A stretch of 64,000 nt of DNA. Origin: Octopus vulgaris (Eukaryota). The notes under the pieces are model-generated. The model saw only the letters and a program-made list of their open reading frames with translations, was not told the origin of the DNA and searched no databases. Location: NCBI GenBank assembly GCA_951406725.2, contig OX597828.1:55800001-55864000 (forward strand). The letters run 5' to 3'. The first letter of the stretch is position 1; each line of letters begins with the position of its first letter. Shown one piece after another: positions 53,632 through 64,000 of this stretch. The translations under genes and the position numbers were made by a program.

Positions 53632-54582
53632 TATATATATATATATAGAGAGAGAGAGGATGGAGAGAGAGAGCGAGAGAGAGAGTACAGTATATAGATC
53701 GTCAACCTTCAGAATTACCCAGTACTAACGGTAGTATTATTCTATACTTCCAAGTTTAAATTTGGGATTCGTCGTTTGTGAATGTAAAATTGAAGAAAAT
53801 GGAGTCATGAAGGAGTATAATTCCGCAGTTATTTATTATTCGCTATAATTTTTCCGACGTAACGTAGTTCTCCAGGAATACAGTATTTGATTACACAATT
53901 GTTTTTGTGCATAATGAGATTTAAGTTGTGTTTCCTTAGGCGATACACGTGTGTTGCCCCGGTTATTTAATATTATCGACTTCAAACACATCTCCCCTGT
54001 TCGTCGAGGTTTGAATTTAGTAGCGGCTGATAGACCCATCGTGGGTGCCGTCAGAGCTCGTTTGTCAGAATGCAAGGAACGATAGTAAATGGTACTGGCT
54101 GGCATTTAAATGAGATTGGTATTCTCTTTGATTGTATCTCTGATCTGTTCTTCATGGTTGGCTACACATGTGAATTTCTTCAGCTGACATTTAGCACTAA
54201 GTGGTCGGATATATACACGCATGCACACACACACACACATACACATACACACACACACACACAAGCATATGTATATATGCCTATATGCAAACATACATGC
54301 ACTCACATATACGTACATACACGTACATACGCATATTTACATACATATATTTAGGTAACGATTTATACTTATGCGTACATATATACATACACCGATCAAC
54401 ATATACACTTATACACACACACACACACATATATATATACACTCGCATTTGTGGGTATATATACATACCCACATACGTACACATAAATAAGTAAATAGAC
54501 TTACGACTTTGACTCATACATATAGCGAAGTACGCGTGTATATACACACTCTTACTCACATACATACATATATATGTATATA

Positions 54583-55100
54583 CTAACAGATATATCCGGC
54601 GTTTCACGAGTTAAAGAGAATAATGAAATTTAAGAACGCGGACTAGATTACGTAGGTCTCAACTTTCTGCATTAATAACTCTCCAACCCATGCCAGCATA
54701 AAACATAGATGTTAAGTGAAAAGTTCAAAGAAAGTTTTCAACTCATGTATGTATATAAAGTAAATACATCTAATTCAAAAACACGCTTTGTGTAGCATAA
54801 TTTGTAACCAAAAAAAAAAAAAAACCAGGTACAGATTATAAACAATGAAACGCCGATATTGGTGGTTCATTTGACAGAGGTAGTAGAGAAGCAATTGGAT
54901 GATAAAACTGATCTTGGATCTTGAAAGTTTGCATCAATCCTTGCTCAGTGAAATCTCTTGTGGCTCCAAATGATGCCATCTGCAGCGTTGTATTGTCTAA
55001 TTTTGTTTTGGCAATACTTGGAATCCTTCGTTTCTTCGCTTCAGCCATCGCAAAAAATCGACGAACAGGAAAGAAGTATTGCTCTACAAAGACACACCAC
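54583..55100 (-). mobile_element. Helitron relic carrying a RepHel N-terminal fragment
   Basis: ORF 54836-55048 LQMASFGA...QTFKIQDQFYHPIASLLP matches the Helitron Rep FQMTSFG...TFKIQGQVYH.IGSLLP motif. Decayed 3' end CTCGTGAAACGCCGGATATATCTGTTAG|T. Right boundary uncertain. Confidence 0.8.
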
Positions 55101-55969
55101 GTAGTGGTATTACAGAGTTAGGAAATACCGGTTGGCAGACTGATATATGAGAGTCGAATTACGTGGGTTCTAGCAGTGGAAGCCTCAACTACAACGGGTT
55201 TGTCCTACAGAGGACGTTACCGGTTACTTTCGGGTTTCCCTCCTATAATATTCGGAGACATGAACTCAGTTCGACACACACCTATAAAGAATGCTCACGC
55301 AGAGTACTTCTAATTAGCAATATATGACGTATTAAAACCTAATATGTTGTACACATGCACATACAGCCACGAATAAATCGAAGCACGTACGTTCGTAATG
55401 GGGTATATATATATACGAACATTCCTCTAAAGAACTAATCGAATAACGAATGATTTTTCTGAAAAAAAAAAGATAGTAATAAAACAAGCTGAAATATGAT
55501 CAGCCCAATCGTTTGGTGAGGTGGAAATTGAACAACAATCACGAGTACGCTATACACGCTTATGAATATTCGGAGAACATATACGAACGATCCGCTAATT
55601 GAACAAATTGTCGCCAAGAGGTTTTCCACAGATAATTGTAATCGTCCAACGAAATGAAATTTGAACGGCAAAGCACGAGTTGACAGAACATGCATATAAG
55701 TGCCTTGGAGAGTGTATGGAGACGGTTCGTTAACATCAACACTTCACAAGAATGGTTGTATTTGTCAAGAGTAATATAGTCTAACAACGCATAATATATG
55801 AAAACCTAAATGCTACAAATATAAATGTAATATACATTTTAAGTTTTCAGAACTACTTGCCCATTTTGCTTTTATTAAAACATGTCTAAATGGAATAACC
55901 AGTTTTTTGTTTTGTTTTGTGTAAAGCACAGAATTGATAACTAACATAATGTTATATCATATTTCGCAG

Positions 55970-56084
55970 GATATTTGGAGCAGCAATTACCATTTCTTCA
56001 TTCTTAAACTTGTTCCTTCCCGGAGCTGCCTCTGTACATTATGGACTAGTCATGGCAGTGAGAATTCTTCAAGGGTTGGTCGAG
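55970..56084 (+). CDS. VGLUT: VGLUT coding exon (115 nt), TM3-TM4; not translated in the correct frame by the ORF track
   Basis: Branch-like taactaac at ~55938-55945, acceptor atttcgcag|G, donor GAG|gtaagg. Manual translation (R)[38 protein letters not shown] contains the VGLUT VHYG....VRILQGLVE motif. Phase 2 in, phase 0 out. Confidence 0.96.
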
Positions 56085-56169
56085 GTAAGGAAAATGAAAG
56101 TGATGCTTTTTTGATCATCTTAATATTGAACTGGGAATACGTGTGTATATACATATTCATATATATATA

Positions 56170-56345
56170 TAGTTGAAATTTACACAAAAACAATGGACGA
56201 AGACAGGTGTATGAACAACAAACAGGTGTATTCCTTTGACGCCTAGAGAAGTGGGACAGTCTTGTAAGTTCCGAGCCTACGCTCTTCAAAAGAAAGGAAT
56301 AAGAGAAAATAAACAGAGAGAGAATAAAAGAAAATTGTGTATATG
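56170..56345 (-). repeat. Penelope-like terminal-repeat fragment with a decayed hammerhead-like motif
   Basis: Minus strand CTTTTGA-A-GAGC(GTAG)GCTC-GGAAC-TTA at ~56261-56293. Stem II is intact and the core is mutated. Confidence 0.4.
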
Positions 56346-56862
56346 AATTGAAACTGCAAGGGTGACAGAATTTCATGCCACTGTCTTCGCCAGAAGATTG
56401 CAATGGTGCGGAGGGGTCCGTTGTATATTAACAAACTAAATTTCAAAACCTCTATTACACATCTACTTGTAAAAGCATTATAAATACACCCACAGGCACA
56501 CACACATTTACAACACACACACACACGCAAACAGATGTATGTATGTATGCATGCATATATATATATACGTATATGTATGCATGTATTTGCGTTTGAGACG
56601 CCAAGAGAAACTTCTACATAGTAGACCAGATAGAAGTCACAGACAAATACTCCATAAATTCTGGTACTGAGCATTATTGAGTTTTCGAAAAGTTCCGGCC
56701 TTATTTTAACTTCAGGGCATGTGATCTGCCTATGTGGCAAAACTCATTAAAATCGGTTGGGAGGAGTAACCCCAATCACAAACAGACAGACACCATTACA
56801 TATTTATGCATACAGATATATGATATATGTATGTACGTAGCATATATATATATATATATATA

Positions 56863-57330
56863 CGAGGGTGAGTCAAAACGTAATGCCATTTTTTTAAGAC
56901 AGGTATAATTACCAACACAGGAACATGTAACATACATCAAAATGAAGATGGTCCTCTGTGGACCAAATCCCTACTTCTCAATATAGTCACCGTTTCTCTC
57001 AATGGCAATGTTTTACCTTCAAATGAGAGCGTGTATCCCTGTCCTGTAAAATTCAGTTGATTGTTCTTTGAGCCACTTCTTCACTACAGTTTTCACTTCC
57101 CCGTCGCTGGAATAATGTTTGCCTCTCAAACTCTCTTTCGTGGCGCCGAAGAGATGATAGTCTGATGGCGCTAAATCTGCCTAATGTGGAGGTAGTGAAG
57201 AAGTAGCTCAAAGAACACTTAACAAAATATTTACGAGCCAGGGATACATGGTCTCATTCGAAGGTGGAACATTGCTATTGAGAGAAACGGTGGCTATGTT
57301 TCTGTTTGCCTTACTTTTTGACTCACCCTC

Positions 57331-57331
<1 letters not shown>
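56863..57331. mobile_element. Mariner-derived foldback element built from two inverted 3' ends
   Basis: TIRs CGAGGGTGAGTCAAAA / TTTTGACTCACCCTCG within (TA)n. Minus-strand DLAPSDYHLFG...KKWLKEQSTEFYRTGIHAL. The same C-terminal segment recurs on the + strand at 57192-57299. Confidence 0.9.
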
Positions 57332-57386
<55 letters not shown>

Positions 57387-57607
57387 CGAATTAGAGATAA
57401 AACCACTATTATGCAACACAAACAGTGATAGACATAAATAACAAACAATATATAAATTTATTTATATATTTATTTTTCAAAAAGTATAAAATGAATGATA
57501 ACTATAATATAATAAGTAAAAACACTAAGTACGTTTCATGGTTATAATTAAATTCGAATAACAATTAAGTTTGAATTACCTGTAAGTTTGGAGTTATATT
57601 CCCTAAT

Positions 57608-57612
57608 ATTAC

Positions 57613-57679
<67 letters not shown>

Positions 57680-57718
57680 GTTGTTGTTGGTGTTGTTGTT
57701 GTTGTTGTTATTATTATA
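57608..57718. repeat. (ATT)n/(GTT)n microsatellite
   Basis: Directly visible. Confidence 0.95.
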
Positions 57719-58179
57719 TATATATATGTGTGTGTGTGCGTATGTGTGTATATGTATTCCGTTCATAACATATGTGTATGATGGTATGATACTTTATTGG
57801 AGGAGAGGAAACGACAAAGCATGAGAGGTCATCATGACCCCTGTGCTTCCAGTGCACCAGAGCTTAGTGTTCAAGGATCGTTTAAATTAACCACCCGAGG
57901 GCTTGCCTATACCCCTCACAATTCTCAGAAATGACGAACTGCTATCAACCTCATGAATATTGTGCCGTCAACTTATTTCGACTCCTATTAATTGGTGGAC
58001 ATCTGGGTATACAGAGTGTTTTAGGTACAATTAATATAGGAATTACCGTTGATTTTACTTTTTCTTCTACATGGAAATACATGCTTAAATAAATACATAG
58101 TATGTCGGCCAATCCATTAAGACTGCCATATTTGTTCAAGTCATGGTTACCAATATTCTGCTTAGAGAAACTCTGTGTG

Positions 58180-58775
58180 TTAGCAGAATCGTTACCGCGC
58201 CGGAAAAAAAATGGTTATTAGTATTTCTTCTGGTTTACCGTTCTGATTTCCAATGACGCAGGATTCGACTTTGCATTTCGAGTTCGATAAAATAAGAAGC
58301 AGTCGATTTCTTCGAGTCACCCCCTCTTCCATAATTACTGGCGTTGTGCCAAAATATGAAACCATTATTTAAGGCGGTGAGCTCGTAGAATCGTGAGCAC
58401 GCCGAGCAATATGCTTAGTCGCATTTCGTCCGCTTTTTTCATTCCGAATTCAAATTGCTTCCAAAGTCGACTTTGTCTTTCATTCATTCGTGGTCGATAG
58501 CTGAGCAATGGAGTCGATGTAATCAACTTACCCCTGCACCAAAATTGATTAAATAAGTACCAGCTACGCACTGGAGTCGACATAATCGATTTAATCCGTT
58601 TGTCTGTCCTTGTTTGTCCTCTCCGTGTTTAGCCCCTTGTGGGTAGTAAAGAAATAGGTATTTCGTCTGCCGCTACGTTCTGAGTTCAAATTCCGCCGCG
58701 GTCGACTTTGCCTTTCGGAGTCGATAAATTAAGTATCAGTTGCGTACTGGGTTTGTTCCTAGAGTAGAAAAGGAA
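58180..58775 (+). mobile_element. Three head-to-tail SINE family C copies
   Basis: TCGACTTTG core at ~58266, ~58468 and ~58702; heads GCAGAATCGTTA and GGCGGTGAGCTCGTAGAATCG. Confidence 0.82.
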
Positions 58776-59100
58776 TTAAATATTTTGTGTATTGCGAAAG
58801 TAAAATACTTTGTGTATTGCAGAATTAAAACCTATTTATTGCACATACATTTTATCAAGAAAACCTTATATACAATCTCCAAGGATCATATGCCTCCCAT
58901 TTGAGAACCACTGTTTAGAAGGTGAAAACCAAAATTTTTAAATGCACCCGTGGATGCATTTGTATGTGGCCTAGATATATATATATGTCATTTTATGTGG
59001 TGATAACAGCTAATAAGTCCAACATAGGTTTTTCGTGAGAATAGAATGGAATGGAAAACATCCACAGCAAAGAGCCAAAAAATTCCGTATCAGCTGTATA

Positions 59101-59512
59101 GGCGCAGGAGTGGCTGTGTGGTAAGTAGCTTGTTAATCAACCACATGGTTCCGGGTTCAGTCCCACTGTGTGGCATCTTGGGCAAGTGTCTTCTGCTATA
59201 GCCCCGGGCCGACCAATGCCTTGTGAGTGGATTTGGTAGACGGAAACTGAAAGAAGCCTGTCGTATATATGTATATATATATATATGTGTGTGTTTGTGT
59301 GTCTGTGTTTGTCCCCCTAGCATCGCTTGACAACCGATGCTGGTGTGTTTACGTCCCCGTCACTTAGCGGTTCGGCAAAAAAGAGACCGATAGAATAAGT
59401 ACTGGGCTTACAAAGAATAAGTCCCGGGGTCGAGTTGCTCGATTAAAGGCGGTGCTCCAGCATGGCCGCAGTCAAATGACTGAAACAAGTAAAAGAGAAA
59501 AAAAAGAGAAAG
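59101..59512 (+). mobile_element. SINE family A, full length, probable 9-bp TSD
   Basis: Near-consensus copy. AGCTGTATA (59092-59100) and AGCTGTGTA (59513-59521). Confidence 0.92.
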
Positions 59513-60084
59513 AGCTGTGTAAATAAAAAAGGAAAAAACAAGCGCATTATAGAGAATAGCCAACGCATAAATGCTTGCTTAAGCAACTGCAAGGATGGCT
59601 CTCATTTCAAGGTCGAATTGGCGGAGAGCATAAAACCACATGTTCATGGGAAGCACAGGATACAGCTCGAGAAATCATCGACATCACCGTCAGCATCACC
59701 GAAATATTTGGTCCCCTATCTTTCTTTCTCTTTCGCCCCCATCCCCCACAGCAAGTCTCAACCTTTTCTCCTTCACATCATCAACAACAAAGACAGATTA
59801 ATAATAGCAAAAACCAAAATAATCATGCATAATAGATATCGCACACACTCCATACATCATCAGCAAGTGTGTGTATGTGTATAAATATTTATACATGCGC
59901 ATGCATATGTATATTCTTATGGATACGAGCGTACGCGTATAATGTGTGTGTGTCTGTATGTGCGTATTTGAAAAGCGAAAGCCAATTGAAATGATACGAA
60001 AGGAAATACATACAAAGAAAAAAAAAATAAAACAAACAGTAGAAAGCGTAATAGGTCCGGAATAGCAAGGAAACAAATAACAGA

Positions 60085-60086
<2 letters not shown>

Positions 60087-60168
<82 letters not shown>

Positions 60169-60186
60169 CACACATATATATGTATA

Positions 60187-60256
<70 letters not shown>

Positions 60257-60278
60257 CACACATATATATGTATATATA

Positions 60279-60345
<67 letters not shown>

Positions 60346-60430
60346 CACACATATATATGTATATATATTTATATATATATATATGAATATATATATATAT
60401 ATATATTATACACACATATATATGTATATA

Positions 60431-60504
<74 letters not shown>

Positions 60505-60505
60505 A
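60087..60505. repeat. (TA)n array with four higher-order units TATTATACACACATATATATGTATATATA, ending in (GA)n
   Basis: Marker TTATACACACATATATATGT recurs at ~60164, 60252, 60341 and 60406. Confidence 0.9.
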
Positions 60506-60653
60506 AGAAAGAGGGGTATATCAATGAGTATGTGCGCGTAAAATAAATTAAATAGAAATTATTTAGAAAAATGTCAGACACACACACATATACGCACATA
60601 TCACACATACACCTTATACACACAGAAGGACACAGACACAGACACCCATCACT

Positions 60654-60690
<37 letters not shown>

Positions 60691-61179
60691 CACACTCTCT
60701 CACTGAGTCAATCAAAACGAGTCGGAAAACAATAGCATTGTTCGCTTATAGCTGGTGTCGCTGCAGTAGCATCGGCCGTCTCCTAGGTTTAGAAGTATAT
60801 TGTGTGGAGCAGAGAGAACATAATGTATTTGCTATTTATTGCACACACGCACATACAAAGCACATTGTCTCCTTTTCATAAAAGTTCAAGCGCTCGCTTG
60901 TGTATGCTTTGCGTATGATGTGTTTTGAGAGAGAGCGCTGGAAGAGAGCAAAGAGAAACAGCGGAAAGGAAAACGAAGGGAATTAAGAAGAAAGATTTGA
61001 CTATTATGGAGATAGATGATCGCATTTAATCTCTTGTATATATTATTGTCTGTACAACAATTATTGTTATTATCATTATCGTTATTCTTATAATTTTGTT
61101 CTCAATCTCATTTTTAGTCCCTCCTACACACTTTATACTTCTCTCGCTTTCTCTTTCTCTCTGTCTCTCTTTCTCTCTG

Positions 61180-61247
<68 letters not shown>

Positions 61248-61346
61248 AATCTGTCATCTCTCAATCTCTATACGCACATACATTTTACTTGCATAACCCA
61301 GCTGTTCTAACAACACACACATATAGAGGTATATACATATGTGTGT

Positions 61347-61380
<34 letters not shown>

Positions 61381-61435
61381 TCATATATATATATATATGC
61401 ATGTATATGTATATATATGTGTACATATATATATA

Positions 61436-61477
<42 letters not shown>

Positions 61478-61516
61478 TAAATATGTGTGTGTATATGTGT
61501 GTGCGTCCAGTGACAA

Positions 61517-61567
<51 letters not shown>

Positions 61568-61572
61568 AAGAA

Positions 61573-61610
<38 letters not shown>

Positions 61611-61806
61611 TGAGGAGATCTATGAGTATGCGTTTGTACTGGTGTATATGGACATAGGACTATATGTGTGTGTGTGTGTGTGTGATTGTCCGCGCGCGCG
61701 TGTGTTTGAGTTCGTGTGTGCATATAGTAAGCGTATGCATTTATGTAGATATATATATATATATACCAGTCTGTTATTCTTCTCTATTTGTTTTCTTCAA
61801 TTTCAG

Positions 61807-61894
61807 GGTGTCACATATCCAGCTTGTCATGGTATCTGGAGACATTGGGCACCACCGTTAGAACGCTCCCAGCTAGCAACAATATCTTTCTGTG
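61807..61894 (+). CDS. VGLUT: VGLUT coding exon (88 nt), end of TM4, cytoplasmic loop, start of TM5
   Basis: Acceptor ttttcttcaatttcag|GGT and donor TG|gtaagc. [29 protein letters not shown](G) matches [29 protein letters not shown]. Confidence 0.97.
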
Positions 61895-61953
61895 GTAAGC
61901 TATCATGTCCATTTCCTTCTCTCTTTCACACCTTACTCTCTCGCAGCACATCT

Positions 61954-61954
61954 G

Positions 61955-61986
<32 letters not shown>

Positions 61987-62003
61987 AATCAATCAATCAA
62001 TCA

Positions 62004-62064
<61 letters not shown>

Positions 62065-62072
62065 GCTATCTA
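61954..62072. repeat. (TCTA)n/(TCAA)n tetranucleotide array just downstream of the 88-nt exon
   Basis: Directly visible. Confidence 0.95.
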
Positions 62073-62598
62073 TGATATATATACATACATATATACATAC
62101 ATACATAGATACATACATACACACATATTTATATATATTCGAAAATATGGGGGTTTAATACACAGGTGTTGTAAACGATTAGGTACGCTAGGTAAGTGCT
62201 TTAATGGATTACTAGGGCTCCATGCTTATAGCCGAGACGGTAGTTATGGAGCCAATGCAGATTTCCGATATAACGGATATATAATTTCTAACTAGGACAG
62301 CAAACGTTAAGGCAAGGTAAACATCTCAAGTCATAGACATTATTATTATTATTATGGGAAATAAAATTGAACTTTGAACTTTTATGCTTTTTTTTCTTCT
62401 CTTTCTTCCTCTCCTTATTCACTTATCCCTGTCCTCTATGTCGTCATTTCATTAATCTATACACTTCTCGTTTTCCCTATTTGTCTCCGATGACGGAATA
62501 TCCCATACTCTGGGATATCTCAGAAACAGCTCAAAGAGTTTGAAATTTTTTCCAATAACAATTTTTGCCTCGTCTTAACGTTTGTTGTCCTCTTTGAC

Positions 62599-62661
<63 letters not shown>

Positions 62662-64000
62662 TGTATGTATATGTAACACCTTCTAATGCATCTAAGTGAT
62701 AAAGTCATCGACGGTGCTCAATAGACAGCTCCATATTAGGATATTTTTAGTTGCAACAGTTGTTTGCAGGAGAATGTGGCACAAAATGTTAAACACACAG
62801 AAAAATAAAGAAAAGTATTTCAGTGATAGTTTTTAATTCAAAATCTCCGTGACTTTGCTTATTGCTTCTTCGTTTAATTGCGAGTTCCACGTTAATTTTA
62901 TTTGCGATTGTCATTGGCGTATGAAACACATAGTGGAGTATTTGGTCAATATAAATTGGTTCGAAATCCTGCTCCTTTTATAGAATGTCCTATGTAATTA
63001 TCAACGTTTGTTAAGTCCAAGTAAACCTGTGATAGAAACCATATAAAACATCACCAGGGAATATGTAAGTGTATAAGGTAACATGGCTGTATGAAGAGAT
63101 CCTTTCCATTGTGAAGCAATTTGCAATAGATATGTACACTGAGTATGCCATCCCACCACCAAAAATATTGTCTTTTCTAGGCTACCAAGTTTTGGTAAAT
63201 TACCATAGCTGACCAATGTTTTTAAAATATAGAATTTTCACTTTCCAAAATCAAATCAAATTTGAATGCTGCATTCTTCATTTTCTTTTCTTGTCGTTTT
63301 CATGATATTTTTATGTTTAATACAACCCAAAAGAAACCAAAATTCTTCGATGACGGCTATTCCCTTGCATTTTACTATCTCTAGTTAAAGGTGATTGGAG
63401 CCGAAGTGCACAAAACATTTTACTTTTTGGTATATAGCATAGATTGCTTTCAGAAGCCTATTTATTTCATCACAGATGATAGAGCAACACTCATATCATT
63501 ATCTACATAATTTGACAGCTGGTATGTCCCAATCTTTAACATTTCAGTTATTGTATTTGTTATTGTCTTCATATTTGTTTGAGCAACTCCCACAAGTTCT
63601 TTTTCTTCGTGTCAATTTAAAGGAAAGCAAATAGCTAGTTATGATTTAGTAGATGCATCTGTGTTTTATTGGCCTTCATTCACTTCAGGTTAGCTACAAA
63701 TATTGACTGAATTTCTTCTGCACTAAGACTGGTAAATGTATTTTGCATTTGTGGTGATAAACACATTCTATTGTTTTTATATTTCTTCAAATATTTTCAA
63801 AATTGGGATAAAACACAATTTTCCACTCCATGAAATCATGAAAGTTTCTTAAATCTCTGTCAACCTGCAGTTAATTAATTCAAAGCACACTAAGCAGCAA
63901 TGAGTAAAATAAACATCTTTACGTTTGTAATTAACACATCCGTGTACATTCAATTGGAGAAAGGCTTTTGTCAGCAAATATACTTTTTGCTGTTTACATA

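Larger units (their letters stand above)
19366..64000 (+). other. VGLUT: VGLUT gene body (partial): introns 19670-34029, 34149-55969, 56085-61806, and 61895 to beyond the window
   Basis: The four exons join into one open reading frame with compatible phases (0, 2, 0, 1). The next expected exon (GSYAGAV-type) was not found before 64000. Confidence 0.9.

Noticed and set aside
62239-62265. GSYGANA resembling the next expected exon (GSYAGAV)
   Set aside because: No AG acceptor or pyrimidine tract, and the similarity ends after a few residues.
63675-63710. Acceptor-like ttcattcacttcag|GTTAGCTAC
   Set aside because: The required phase-1 frame hits TAG immediately, with no TM5 sequence.

Overview
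AT-rich, microsatellite- and transposon-laden animal genomic DNA. The repeat families and gene structure point to an octopus (coleoid cephalopod); this is inferred, not confirmed. The only protein-coding content I can support is four + strand exons of a vesicular glutamate transporter (VGLUT, SLC17A6/7/8 / eat-4 type): 19366-19669, 34030-34148, 55970-56084 and 61807-61894. They have canonical GT-AG sites and consistent phases and are separated by 14.4, 21.8 and 5.7 kb introns. The first coding exon was not located and the gene continues past the window end. Nearly all other ORFs in the track are microsatellite artefacts or decayed transposon fragments: tRNA-derived SINEs of at least three families, mariner relics, Helitrons, R4/Dong-type RLE retrotransposons and RTE/CR1-like pieces. 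Best leads: (1) a genomic Gln (CAG) at the normally basic ERS[R/K]L position, which one A-to-I edit would convert to Arg; (2) a near-intact minimal hammerhead ribozyme fold in the loop of a perfect 28-bp inverted repeat, with several decayed relatives; (3) a ~530-nt intronic hairpin and a tail-to-tail mariner foldback; (4) inverted SINE pairs around a 234-nt two-exon unit that would form a stop-free, ATG-started circle; (5) modular head/tail shuffling among SINEs and Helitrons; (6) an RLE retroelement repeatedly found beside (CATA)n. All of these are hypotheses read by eye; no searches or folding programs were run.
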